A stretch of DNA of 64,000 nt from an uncultured Pseudomonadota bacterium. GTDB taxonomy: Bacteria; Vulcanimicrobiota; Vulcanimicrobiia; Eremiobacterales; Eremiobacteraceae. The position numbers and the translations under genes are program-made. Position 1 is the first letter of the stretch. The number at the start of each line of letters is the position of its first letter. Of the stretch, positions 9,598 to 18,804 are shown piece by piece. The stretch covers positions 384,001 through 448,000 of the forward strand of contig CAVTNB010000001.1 in assembly GCA_963736005.1 (NCBI GenBank). The letters run 5' to 3'. The notes below the pieces were generated by a model that worked only from the letters and a program-made list of their open reading frames with translations, was not told the DNA's origin and did no database searches.

Positions 9598-9715
9598 GGG
9601 AGCTTAATTATACCACGCCCGTGCCATTTTTCCTGAGGCGCGGCTGAGTAGCGGCAGAATCTCCGCCCGTTTGGACTCAATGTCAGCCAAACGTGCGAGA
9701 CAGGCGGATAATTTG

Positions 9716-10120
9716 CTAACGCGATCTCGAACTGAAACCTGCATAGGTTAGGTAGATGCCCAGGATAAGCGCAAACGCGGCATCCACGTAGAAGTACTGT
9801 TCGTAGGCAGAGCCCCAGATCAGGATTCCTACAGCTGTCGGCGGCGGCAGGAACAAGAAGAGCAAGCCTTTAGCCAGCGTTAACCAACCGATGAGGGTAA
9901 TGATGACCGGAAGTGCGCCACCCGACCAGATGTTGTGGCTCAGGATCAACGCCAGGCCAGCGGCCACCACTATCAAACCGAAGACGTAGAGCACGGGCGC
10001 GTTGTGAACTAGGTCTATCACAGTCTGCAGGGTTGCCTGCTTGTGTACGATCATTGCGAGTGCGATCAGAATGCAATATATACCGATTAACTTACCGAGG
10101 AATGCTGTACGCGCGGACAT
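9716..10120 (-). CDS. Hypothetical 4-TM membrane protein
   Basis: GAGGAGG SD; hydrophobic helices; HNIW motif. Confidence 0.8.
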   Translation of the reverse strand: MSARTAFLGKLIGIYCILIALAMIVHKQATLQTVIDLVHNAPVLYVFGLIVVAAGLALILSHNIWSGGALPVIITLIGWLTLAKGLLFLFLPPPTAVGILIWGSAYEQYFYVDAAFALILGIYLTYAGFSSRSR

Positions 10121-10151
10121 TGTGTCCTCCTCTTTAGCTCCGCTATCTTTC

Positions 10152-10188
10152 TAAATCTGCAATAAGCAACATAGCTAATCTTCGCCCA
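10152..10188. repeat. 37-bp intergenic direct repeat, copy 2
   Basis: Matches 7151-7187. Confidence 0.85.
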
Positions 10189-10286
10189 ATTCTTAGACGC
10201 CCGAAGAGGCCCCTATGTAACTCGGAGCATGAATAACTTCAGGTTCAGCGGAACCCCGCGACCAACTTTGTCGTTCGGAGGTCGCT

Positions 10287-10886
10287 ATGTCACTCGAGCT
10301 CACTAACAATTTGGGCACCGTCACAACGGTTGTCATCGTCGCCGCAGCCGCCCTCGCTGGGCTTGTGCAATTACGGCATTTGCGCGCTGGAAATCAAATC
10401 AACGCCATGCTTACTATTGGTGAAGAACTTAGCTGAAAGGCCTTCAACGATGCGGATACCCTGACTTCTCAGAAGCTCCAAGCGGCGCTCAACGACCCGG
10501 TATATCGCGACTACGAAATCGCCAGGGGTCGCGGTCTCGTGTCACCCGAGGTGAGTCAGGAGTATGTGGAATTGCGCCGCGCAGCGCTCCTCGTCGGAAA
10601 TGCTTACGAAGAGCTTGGAGTTCTGGTTAAGAACGGCATTATCGACAAGAGTCTTTTTCTCGATCGCTACGCCTGGAGAATCTTGAGTGACTGGAGACTG
10701 CTTGAAAAATTGACCGCTCTTTCCCGAGAAGCAACGCAACAAGAGGGCGTCTGGGAGAATTTCGAATATGTAGCGGTGCTCTCTGAGGATTGGTTAGAGC
10801 GCAAGCACAGTACATACCCAAAGGGAATGCGGCGGATGCAACTTACAAACCCATGGCCCGTGGCGCCTCTACCCGCGACTGCCTGA
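10287..10886 (+). pseudogene. DUF4760-like membrane-anchored protein with in-frame TGA at codon 50
   Basis: GGAGG SD + ATG 10287 (MSLELTNNLGTV..VQLRHLRAGNQI); TGA 10434-10436; same frame continues to GNAYEELGVLVKNGIID...WENFEY. Confidence 0.7.
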
Positions 10887-10933
10887 GGGAGGGATCATCA
10901 GAACGGCACAGGTGCGAAGTTCTACCTTATGGG

Positions 10934-11161
10934 TCAGACAGGCTGGCGGCGGCGGGGAAGCTTCCTTCTTACGGGCGATCCTTGCTTGTGCTGAATAGCA
11001 TCAGACCAAATTAGAGCAGCGCGATCTTCCGTCTCGAACCCACACGAGTCGCACCGATAATACTGGACAGTGTGCTTGGGGCTCGGCGGCCAGAGTCGCA
11101 TGGTCGAGGACCTATGGCACTTTGGACAAGCTGCGTTGACGTAGCGAGGGCTATTTTCCAT
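10934..11161 (-). CDS. Small zinc-ribbon protein
   Basis: CPKC...CDSC pairs; AGGT SD-like sequence upstream. Confidence 0.5.
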   Translation of the reverse strand: MENSPRYVNAACPKCHRSSTMRLWPPSPKHTVQYYRCDSCGFETEDRAALIWSDAIQHKQGSPVRRKLPRRRQPV

Positions 11162-11268
11162 AACACCTATTTACTTCGACGAGGTCGTCGCCATGGCCTA
11201 CGACACAATACGACTTAGCGCCAATTATTGAAGCATTTGACCGGCGAGATAACCCGCGTCAGATGACC

Positions 11269-11829
11269 TTAAGTGCGGTCAGTCTTGCGGCGCCCAATAA
11301 ACGTGAAGGCCATTGCATCGGAACCGAGGCCATCGGCGAAGTATGCATGATCTCGATAGGCTACTTCCTCAAAATGGCTGCGCAGTGTCTCAAGCATGAC
11401 GTCCGAACGGTGGAGATGCTTGCGCTCAGCTCTCCAAACGCGCATCTCTGCCTCCCATGTATCGGACCATTGCGCGCGGGCTTGGTTTGCTTCAAGACGC
11501 TCCCAACCATAGTCATCGATCACGACAACTCCCTGAGGTTCGAGCAGACGATGCATTTTTCTGAGGATTGCCTGGAGATTGGGTAAGTGATGAAGCACGA
11601 GACTGGCAACGATACATGCAAATCGCATGTCTTTTGCCTCCCATGCTTGGAAATCGGTAACGATGGTATGCAAGGTGGAGCGCTGCTCTATATCGACTGC
11701 AGTTACATGGTAGCCCATGGTCCCGAGAAGCCGTGAAAGGTGGCCTTCGCCTGGACCGATTTCAAGAAGCTTGGAGCCGGCCGGTACACGCGTTGTAATC
11801 TCTTGAGCGACCGCAGCACTGCGCAGCAT
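11269..11829 (-). CDS. Class I SAM-dependent methyltransferase
   Basis: LLEIGPGEG motif I, VTAVD, SLVLHHL, LLEPQGVVVI. Confidence 0.88.
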   Translation of the reverse strand: MLRSAAVAQEITTRVPAGSKLLEIGPGEGHLSRLLGTMGYHVTAVDIEQRSTLHTIVTDFQAWEAKDMRFACIVASLVLHHLPNLQAILRKMHRLLEPQGVVVIDDYGWERLEANQARAQWSDTWEAEMRVWRAERKHLHRSDVMLETLRSHFEEVAYRDHAYFADGLGSDAMAFTFIGRRKTDRT

Positions 11830-11974
11830 GACTGATTTAATACGAGCGTCATTAGCGCATGCCCCGTTTTTCTACTTCAAACCCGCGGAAGTATCGTTTG
11901 GCATGGATCTCAAACTAGTCAACCACAGAGAAAGAGCTCGATGCCCAGAGCACGGAAATCGACGTGATGTCTAA

Positions 11975-12763
11975 ATGGTTGGAACAGCCGATGCGATGAA
12001 GCACGCGCTTACGCGCCGGCCCGGCAATAATTTTGCCGATGGTTTGACAACGGCTGGGCTCGGTAAACCCGATTTCGACAAGGCTTTGCAGCAGCACAAG
12101 CGTTACTGCGAGGCATTGAAGACGTGCGGCGTTCAAGTTCTTGTGCTCGACGCCGACCTGCGATATCCGGATTCCACATTTGTCGAAGACGCTGCTGTTC
12201 TCGCTGGCTCGCGCGCGATTATCACCAGGCCCGGCGCCGTTAGCCGCCAAGGTGAGACGGCGGAGATTCGCTCCGTGCTAGCGCGCTTCTTCAGCACAAT
12301 GAACGACATCGTCCACCCGGGCACGGTTGACGGGGGCGATGTCTGCGAAGCCGGCGGGCACGTGTTCATTGGCATTTCGCATCGGACCAACGAGGAAGGC
12401 GCGCGCCAACTTTCGCAGTTTCTCGCGGCAGACGGGCTGAGCTCGTCATTTGTCGACATCCGCAAACTGCAAGGCCTGTTGCACTTTACCAGCGGGATGT
12501 CGTACGTCGGCAATCGCCTCATCGTTGCCATTGGCGAGCTCGCGAAGGAAAAAGCGTTTCGCGATTACGATGTCATCCTGGTCGATCCGGACGAAGGCTA
12601 CGCCGCCAATTGCGTGGCAGTAAACGGCCATGTGCTGGTAGCGGCAGGATGTCCGCGACTCGCTGGATCGTTAGAGCGTCGCGGTCTGGTGATCGAGCCG
12701 CTCGACATGTCTGAGTTCCGTAAAATGGACGGCGCGTTAAGCTGCCTGTCGCTCCGATTCTAA
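11975..12763 (+). CDS. Dimethylarginine dimethylaminohydrolase (DDAH) family
   Basis: YPDSTFVEDAAV, ITRPGAVSRQGE, DGGDV, LLHFTSG, SEFRKMDGALSCLS (catalytic Cys). Confidence 0.92.
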   Translation: MVGTADAMKHALTRRPGNNFADGLTTAGLGKPDFDKALQQHKRYCEALKTCGVQVLVLDADLRYPDSTFVEDAAVLAGSRAIITRPGAVSRQGETAEIRSVLARFFSTMNDIVHPGTVDGGDVCEAGGHVFIGISHRTNEEGARQLSQFLAADGLSSSFVDIRKLQGLLHFTSGMSYVGNRLIVAIGELAKEKAFRDYDVILVDPDEGYAANCVAVNGHVLVAAGCPRLAGSLERRGLVIEPLDMSEFRKMDGALSCLSLRF

Positions 12764-12767
12764 CTCG

Positions 12768-13595
12768 CTAGAATAAGTATTGCTTCATGCAATAGACGCT
12801 TCCGCCGGACTTGCGGAATTCACCCGTGTCCACCGCACATACATCGAAGCTAAGTGATCTCAACAGCGTAATCGTGTTGTGTGCCGCACGGTCAATGATG
12901 ATTGAACCATTGCCGCCCGCAGCGGCGTTTGCAGCCATGGACAGCGCCTCTGACGAGTCGATTCGCAGCAGCCGCTTGAAGCGTCGTTGTAGTTCGTCGA
13001 GCCCAGCCTGCTCGAACGCTTCAGCAACGACGAGCGCGGTGTTGGCATCAAGAGCGCAAAGCGCCGTATCGAGGTGGTAGAAGCGCTCGTCGATCAGCCG
13101 CAGAGGCACAATTTCCGCCTCGAAGACCCGTTCGAGAACTGGATGCGAGGAGGCGTCGGAGCGCCATCCATAGCCAGCATACAGGACGTGATGCCCGGGG
13201 TGCCAGACCGCGTCTCCGCCGCCCTCGAACCAAACTGTGGGCGGCATCGTCGTGTCTACGGCATAGCCGAGTTGCGTGAGGCGCTCGACGATCGCCGGAA
13301 CTTCGATACTGCGCGATGGGTATTTCATGCGGCTCGCGACGGCCACCCTGTCGCCGCGGCGGTTGAGACCGGCCAGCGCTGGGTTCGCAGAAAACACCAT
13401 ATCCTCGGCGTCGTGCAGCGGAACATATTCGTGCACTTGCAATCCGGTCGCCTCGAACGCGCGCCGAACCGTCAGCCATTGGTCGTGCGCTTTTGTGCGA
13501 TCGACCGGCGTTTCCATCGTCATGAACGGATTCTTGCGGTCGATGACGTCGAAATACGTGGGCGGACAGAGCAAGACACCGCTCGGATAACCCAT
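12768..13595 (-). CDS. Amidinotransferase/arginine-deiminase-like (pentein) hydrolase
   Basis: CPPTYFDV...NPFM, DMVFSAN, FEGGGD, FYHLDT, EFRKSGGSVYCM. Confidence 0.9.
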   Translation of the reverse strand: MGYPSGVLLCPPTYFDVIDRKNPFMTMETPVDRTKAHDQWLTVRRAFEATGLQVHEYVPLHDAEDMVFSANPALAGLNRRGDRVAVASRMKYPSRSIEVPAIVERLTQLGYAVDTTMPPTVWFEGGGDAVWHPGHHVLYAGYGWRSDASSHPVLERVFEAEIVPLRLIDERFYHLDTALCALDANTALVVAEAFEQAGLDELQRRFKRLLRIDSSEALSMAANAAAGGNGSIIIDRAAHNTITLLRSLSFDVCAVDTGEFRKSGGSVYCMKQYLF

Positions 13596-13651
13596 GGGCG
13601 TGACCACGGCGTTTGATTTACCGATAGGGCCAGTGTTCTCCCGTAGTTGCC

Positions 13652-14773
13652 CTACGACGATGTGGGAATCATACGACCAGTTGGCGATCCGATCTTTGCG
13701 TCTGACTGGTACGGACAATGCCGACATCCTTTGCCGCAGCAAACGCCCCGGCGAATCAAAAAATCTGCAGTGAAGACCTCATAACCAGTGGCGGGATCGG
13801 TGTAGCTATCGAGATGCTGGGCACGCGCGTCCGCGTGCACGCGCTGAATGATCGCTGCTGCCCTTAGCTCAGAGTAACTTTGCCACGCTTCCCCACGGCG
13901 CTTGATATCCTGCCCGTGTAGGATCTCCGCCAATATCTCCACGGTGTCTGCGATCATGGGCCCGGAACGGTTGAAGTATTTGTTCCCATCGGCAAGTGCA
14001 ACTTTGCCTTCACTGACCGCGCGAAGTTCGTCCCATCCGGGAAGCGCTTCAAGGAACGACACTTCGCGTGTCGTTCTTTCCAACCCAAAGCCGCATGGGG
14101 CAATGATGAGAAACTCCGGATCTGCGTCTCGCACGTCTTGCCAGGAAACTGGTTTCGAGAACCCACTCTTGTCGCCCAAGACAAGTTCTCCGTTTGCTGC
14201 CTCGACCAGTTCCGGACCCCAGTTTCCCACCGCGAACGGTGGGTCAGTCCACTCGAGAACGACCACTTTCGGTGTCGGCTTGTGCCTCACGAGATGCCAG
14301 ACCGCATCGATGCGTGCTTTCATTGTGGCCACCAAAGCCTCGGAGGCCTGGTCCAAATACAGGGCACGACCAACCGCCAAGACGTCATCGTAAATACCGC
14401 TAACCGTCCCAGCCTGCAGAGCAATCATCTGGTCAGTGACAACGCAACCGTCGCGTTTTAGATCATTTGGTGTCACGGCACAGACGTCGCAATGTGCCTG
14501 AGTAATAAGAAGGTCCGGTTTGAGCATGTTGATGAGATCGGTGTTAATGTAATACAAAGGCTCGGCTGCTTCGAGCCGGCGCCGCACTTCTGCGTCAATG
14601 TCGCCGCTCGACACGCTGACGTCAAAGGCCGGATGTGTGCAGGCAGGCAGATTTGTGACCCACGCAGGGTTGTCGCACTCGTGCGAACGTCCTACGAGCA
14701 ACTCACCAGCGCCCAAACCGCACACAATCTCCGTGCCACTGGCTAGGAGTGAAACCACTCGCGTGTTCCGCAA
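13652..14773 (-). CDS. Cobalamin-binding-like (BtuF-type) protein fused to a C-terminal DUF5522-like Cys motif
   Basis: RVVSLLASGTEIV..LVGRSHECD, ITQAHCDVCAV, DGNKYFNRSGP; tail YTDPATGY.VFT..FL..RGVCCGKGCRHCPY. Confidence 0.85.
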   Translation of the reverse strand: MRNTRVVSLLASGTEIVCGLGAGELLVGRSHECDNPAWVTNLPACTHPAFDVSVSSGDIDAEVRRRLEAAEPLYYINTDLINMLKPDLLITQAHCDVCAVTPNDLKRDGCVVTDQMIALQAGTVSGIYDDVLAVGRALYLDQASEALVATMKARIDAVWHLVRHKPTPKVVVLEWTDPPFAVGNWGPELVEAANGELVLGDKSGFSKPVSWQDVRDADPEFLIIAPCGFGLERTTREVSFLEALPGWDELRAVSEGKVALADGNKYFNRSGPMIADTVEILAEILHGQDIKRRGEAWQSYSELRAAAIIQRVHADARAQHLDSYTDPATGYEVFTADFLIRRGVCCGKGCRHCPYQSDAKIGSPTGRMIPTSS

Positions 14774-14996
14774 ATTACTTACCTATCTCAGGTGTTGGTC
14801 TGTGATATGATATAAAAACATGAGCAAGCGCTCCACTGGCCTCACCACTGTCGCGCCTCCTCACCCGACATGGATTACGCTGCGATCAAACGGCCTGCCT
14901 GCACCCAGGGCTGTTTCAAGAAATCGTCAATAGTATAAAGATGGACAACATCTCGCCGGTCAATCTCCAAGCCAAATTCGTCTCATATGAACACGC

Positions 14997-15533
14997 TTGA
15001 AGTACGACCCTTTTCTTCGAAGCGTCGATTACGAGCGCGTGGTGGACTACTTTCTCAATGCCAATCCCTCGTACTTGCGGGGCATGGGCGTCGACCCAAG
15101 CCTGCTCCCTGACAGAGACTCTTGGCTTCACACGCTCGTTGTCGACTTGGAACGAGACGACCGAGCGAAAAAAACCTGCTTTGTGGCATGGGTCTACAAT
15201 GCCGAATCGGTGGGCCACTCGTATATCAACAAGATAAAGTTCGGTAAGGAAGCATACATCCATTTGCACATCTGGAGGCCGGACCTGAGAAAGATCGGTA
15301 TCGGCACGGAGTTTTTCAAAAAATCTGCTCAACTGTTTGTTGACCGGTTCAAATTGAGGCGACTCGTGTGTGAACCCTTTGCGGAGAATCCTGCACCCAA
15401 TCGAGTCTTGCTCAAAGCAGGATTCAAGTTTATCCGCCGATATCGAACAGTACCGGTCCCCATTAGCGCAGAGATCGAAGTGAATAGATATATCCTGAGA
15501 GCGCAACCCTCCCCCGCAGGGGCTATCCCCTGA
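14997..15533 (+). CDS. GNAT (RimJ-like) acetyltransferase
   Basis: HLHIWRPDLRKIGIG, CEPFAENPAPNRVLLKAGF. Confidence 0.85.
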   Translation: MKYDPFLRSVDYERVVDYFLNANPSYLRGMGVDPSLLPDRDSWLHTLVVDLERDDRAKKTCFVAWVYNAESVGHSYINKIKFGKEAYIHLHIWRPDLRKIGIGTEFFKKSAQLFVDRFKLRRLVCEPFAENPAPNRVLLKAGFKFIRRYRTVPVPISAEIEVNRYILRAQPSPAGAIP

Positions 15534-15660
15534 TAGTCTTGACGTACTCGAACAAAGGCATGCCAAAAAAGTCACGCACCCGCCCGAGCGCCGAAATCCG
15601 CTTTTCTCGTAAAACCGCATCGCCCGTTTCAGTGGCGCTGTCGTGTAAAATTCTCTCAAG
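15523..15660 (-). pseudogene. C-terminal remnant of a GNAT acetyltransferase
   Basis: TTAPLKRAMRFYEKSGFRRSG then frameshift to RVRDFFGMPLFEYVK; no N-terminus. Confidence 0.55.
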
Positions 15661-15664
15661 CTGA

Positions 15665-16708
15665 TCAGATGTTGCCGCTCGCGGCGCAACTCGAGCGAGC
15701 CGTGTCGAAGATAGTCGCGATGCCGCAGGCGGACGTGAACATCTTTCTATTGTCGTGTCCGACGCCACGCACAAAGGCAAAGTCTTGGGTGCTCCCTTGG
15801 GGATGACGCGACTCGATATATCGAATGTATGCTTTCCCCCGCGCCAAGCGGTATGGCCCCTGGGCTTCCCCGCCACAGGTCGTATCCAGATCCCACTCTC
15901 GGGGATTGGTGTCCGCAGTACCCAGTAAGTACGTGACGTGTCTTGCCACATACCGGTGTTCAAGTTGCGCCGGCGTTCCCCGGACGTACGATGGCGATCC
16001 GATGAATCCGTACCTCCATCGATCGAAGCTCGCGCAGTTTGGATGTCGCTCTGGGCGAAAGTCGTCGAAATAAAGATACGACGAAGGATTGGCGACCACG
16101 AGATGCACGGCCACGCGTGAAGGGGATGCGAGGCTTGGACCCCATCCAACGACCGCATAGCGTTGAACGATCTGACCACCTGCCGAGTGTCCAATGATGA
16201 CGATGCTACGCAGATGCGGAAAGCGCGTGCGATCTGCAAGTTGCAGCAGCATTGCATCAAAGACGGAGTAGGTACTTATCGGCGCAGGAGCAATTGCAGC
16301 AGATCCGCCGGGCCACTCATCATCCCAGCGCAACGTGTTTTGCGGAACTGTGTGGCCTTTGAGATCGCCAGCTTCAACAAACTGCGGCGCGATGAGGAGG
16401 GTCTTCTCAGCGTGCGCGCGTGCCAGTACGAGCTGCCCGGTTTCATAATAGTAGTCGGCATTGCGGAGGACACCATGGACGATGATGATCGCACGTGTGA
16501 TCTCTCGATCGCCGTCAAGCGAACCATTTCCGAAGTAGAGCGCGATGCCGTCGCCCTGCGACGTTCGCACGAGAAACTGCCGATTCGCAAGCTGCCCCGA
16601 GCCCAAGTTTGGAGGCGTGGTCGAGCCTGGCGCCGGGGTGGTTGCCGCGACGTGCTGAGGCACAAGGGCGGCCATGGCTATCACGACCGCTACCATCTTT
16701 TGTATCAT
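15665..16708 (-). CDS. Secreted alpha/beta hydrolase
   Basis: Signal peptide; IIVHGVLRNA, GHSAGG nucleophile elbow, GVGHD. Confidence 0.88.
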   Translation of the reverse strand: MIQKMVAVVIAMAALVPQHVAATTPAPGSTTPPNLGSGQLANRQFLVRTSQGDGIALYFGNGSLDGDREITRAIIIVHGVLRNADYYYETGQLVLARAHAEKTLLIAPQFVEAGDLKGHTVPQNTLRWDDEWPGGSAAIAPAPISTYSVFDAMLLQLADRTRFPHLRSIVIIGHSAGGQIVQRYAVVGWGPSLASPSRVAVHLVVANPSSYLYFDDFRPERHPNCASFDRWRYGFIGSPSYVRGTPAQLEHRYVARHVTYLLGTADTNPREWDLDTTCGGEAQGPYRLARGKAYIRYIESRHPQGSTQDFAFVRGVGHDNRKMFTSACGIATIFDTARSSCAASGNI

Positions 16709-16817
16709 GCGAATCCGAATCTCCGTAACAGAAGTAAACCCGAAAATGAACTTTTGCCATGCTCGGCGCGCAGCCTCCAAGTCGAAAACTTGGCCCGATG
16801 GGCTGTTATCATCTCAA

Positions 16818-17207
16818 ATGAACTGCCGCAAGAGGCGGAGTTCCATCGGCTCTTGGCGAAGAGAGTCCATTCTGGAAGCGGGGGTGTCTGTGCAACGCGA
16901 AGAGTATATCGACAGTTTTTTCAAAAGCATCAAATCGCAACTGAATGACGCGATGGTTGAAAAGGGCGGCCTGAGCATTCATTATAAAGATCATGTTGTC
17001 GCCGCCACATGGTCGAACGAGCTTTGGGACATTCAACTCAACGAAGGTAACGGAGAGCCAATCCAACGGCGCTACGATCCTACGAACGCTCGCTCATCGC
17101 AAGATGCAGCGAACTATTTTGTTGACGCCCTGCGCCGAACGACTGGGGAGGAACCATTTTTTCGGCCGCCCGTGGCACGCAATGGTCGTCGCTCGCCCAG
17201 CAAGTAG
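16818..17207 (+). CDS. Hypothetical protein
   Basis: ORF filling the gap between a divergent and a convergent gene; start uncertain. Confidence 0.5.
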   Translation: MNCRKRRSSIGSWRRESILEAGVSVQREEYIDSFFKSIKSQLNDAMVEKGGLSIHYKDHVVAATWSNELWDIQLNEGNGEPIQRRYDPTNARSSQDAANYFVDALRRTTGEEPFFRPPVARNGRRSPSK

Positions 17208-17221
17208 CGTTGCACTCAAGC

Positions 17222-17725
17222 CTAAGCAACCGGTGACGCGCGCCCCTTCCTGAACCAAAGTCCCACGAGGATGGCGGGCAGCGCCCCGATGAGCCAACCG
17301 CCCCCGATGTCCGAAGGCCAGTGAAGCAGACAGTAGACGCGCGCAATTCCAATAGCGATTGCCGCCATCGTCGAGATCAGCGCCATAGGGAAGTCTACAA
17401 ACCACAACGTCGCCGCTAGGTACGCTGCAACCGCGCTATGATCGGATGGAAAGCTGTTGTCTGGCGGATGTGGCAGGAGCGGCTGCATCCCGAGCACGAC
17501 GAACGGTCGCGAGTGAACGATGAGGTGACCTCCCACGAGGTCAAGTGCTATCGCGATCGCGCCACCGACCGCCGCCCACGGCAAGAACGTGTACGCGTGA
17601 CGGCGAGTTACACTGGCTACAAACGCAGCGCCGCTCAGGAATAAGCCATATCCCGCGACCCACACCATCACACCGTTTAACCACCCATTGCTCCACAATG
17701 AGTGGAAGAACAACACAAGGTTCAT
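17222..17725 (-). CDS. PAP2-family phosphatase (undecaprenyl-diphosphatase BcrC-like)
   Basis: HSRPF, SFPSDH, ARVYCLLHWPSD motifs; GAGG SD before ATG 17725. Confidence 0.9.
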   Translation of the reverse strand: MNLVLFFHSLWSNGWLNGVMVWVAGYGLFLSGAAFVASVTRRHAYTFLPWAAVGGAIAIALDLVGGHLIVHSRPFVVLGMQPLLPHPPDNSFPSDHSAVAAYLAATLWFVDFPMALISTMAAIAIGIARVYCLLHWPSDIGGGWLIGALPAILVGLWFRKGRASPVA

Positions 17726-17743
17726 CGAGTCCCTCGGAAATAG

Positions 17744-17778
17744 ATGCGACACTCACCACGCGAGCGTGAGTGTCGCAT
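17744..17778. repeat. Perfect 13-bp inverted repeat
   Basis: ATGCGACACTCAC-N9-GTGAGTGTCGCAT. Confidence 0.8.
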
Positions 17779-17902
17779 GGAAGCGCTGCACATCCCGCTC
17801 CGGCAAGTCCTTTGAGTTGTTGTTGCTTCCAGGCGCAGTGTGACGGCGCTCAAGACCGTGCACTCCAAAGGTCTGGAGGATCGAAGATCCCCTTAGCCAG
17901 GT

Positions 17903-18751
17903 CTATGCGTCGGAATGTGGCGTTGCGACGCGGCGCTCAAGCATACCAGATGACGGCAACTTCACGTTTCGCACCAAGTGCAGCGCCCGAAGAATTCTGA
18001 TGTGCAACCAAGTTGGATCGAATTCAAACCAACGGAGTCCGTGGCGCGCAGAAAACGGAAATGCGTGGTGGTTATTGTGCCAACCCTCGCCCCAGGTGAG
18101 CAGCGCCACCCACCAACAGTTGGTGGACAGATCCTCGGTCTTGTAGGTCTTATAGCCAAACTTGTGAGAGGCGCTATTCACGAGCCAGGTGACATGATAG
18201 ACAAAGACAAGCCTGACAAAAACTCCCCAGACAAGCCACGACACCCCGCCGACGGCCAGTAGAATAAGTCCAAGCAAGACCTGCAACAAGGGGGCGCGGC
18301 TGTGCAGAAAGCGGTAAAAGGGCTGAGCCCACAGATCCGGCGCGTTGCGCTCCTGTTCCGGCTCACTGGGGCGCGCAGCGTTGGGCATATAGAGCCAATC
18401 GATGTGGGTCCACCACAAGCCGCGGTGTGCATCGTGTGGATCGCCCTCGTGGTCTGCGTGCGCATGATGCAAGCGGTGAGTTGCGACCCACGTGATGGGA
18501 TCGCCCTGCAAGGCGAGCGTGCCGCAAAGGGCTGTAAAATATTCAAGCGGCTTGCTCATGACGATGCTGCGGTGCGTCAAGGTGCGATGAAAACATAAGG
18601 CGATACCAAGAGCACCGGTCAGCCACCACAGGGCTATTGCAACAGCAACGCCACTCCAAGAAAAGAAAGCAGGAAAGAAAGCGCCGATTGCGCCGAGGTG
18701 AAAAAGCACCAAGGCGAAGTTGATTGAAAACCTGTACCCCTTCTTCTCCAT
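17903..18751 (-). CDS. desC: Delta-9 acyl-lipid/acyl-CoA fatty acid desaturase
   Basis: His boxes HRTLTH, HRLHH, HNNHH; WGEGWHNNHHAFP.SARHGL.WFEFD. Confidence 0.92.
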   Translation of the reverse strand: MEKKGYRFSINFALVLFHLGAIGAFFPAFFSWSGVAVAIALWWLTGALGIALCFHRTLTHRSIVMSKPLEYFTALCGTLALQGDPITWVATHRLHHAHADHEGDPHDAHRGLWWTHIDWLYMPNAARPSEPEQERNAPDLWAQPFYRFLHSRAPLLQVLLGLILLAVGGVSWLVWGVFVRLVFVYHVTWLVNSASHKFGYKTYKTEDLSTNCWWVALLTWGEGWHNNHHAFPFSARHGLRWFEFDPTWLHIRILRALHLVRNVKLPSSGMLERRVATPHSDA

Positions 18752-18804
18752 CTCTTTATATATTCGGCATTCTTCTGGGTCCTTCCCACCCAAGCGGACG
18801 GGCA

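Noticed and set aside
11830..14920. Guanidine or cobalamin riboswitch near the pentein and BtuF-like genes
   Set aside because: No ykkC, mini-ykkC or B12-box consensus seen in the flanking intergenic regions
14820..14933. 37-aa ORF MSKRSTG... as a leader peptide
   Set aside because: No SD, codon enrichment or attenuator structure
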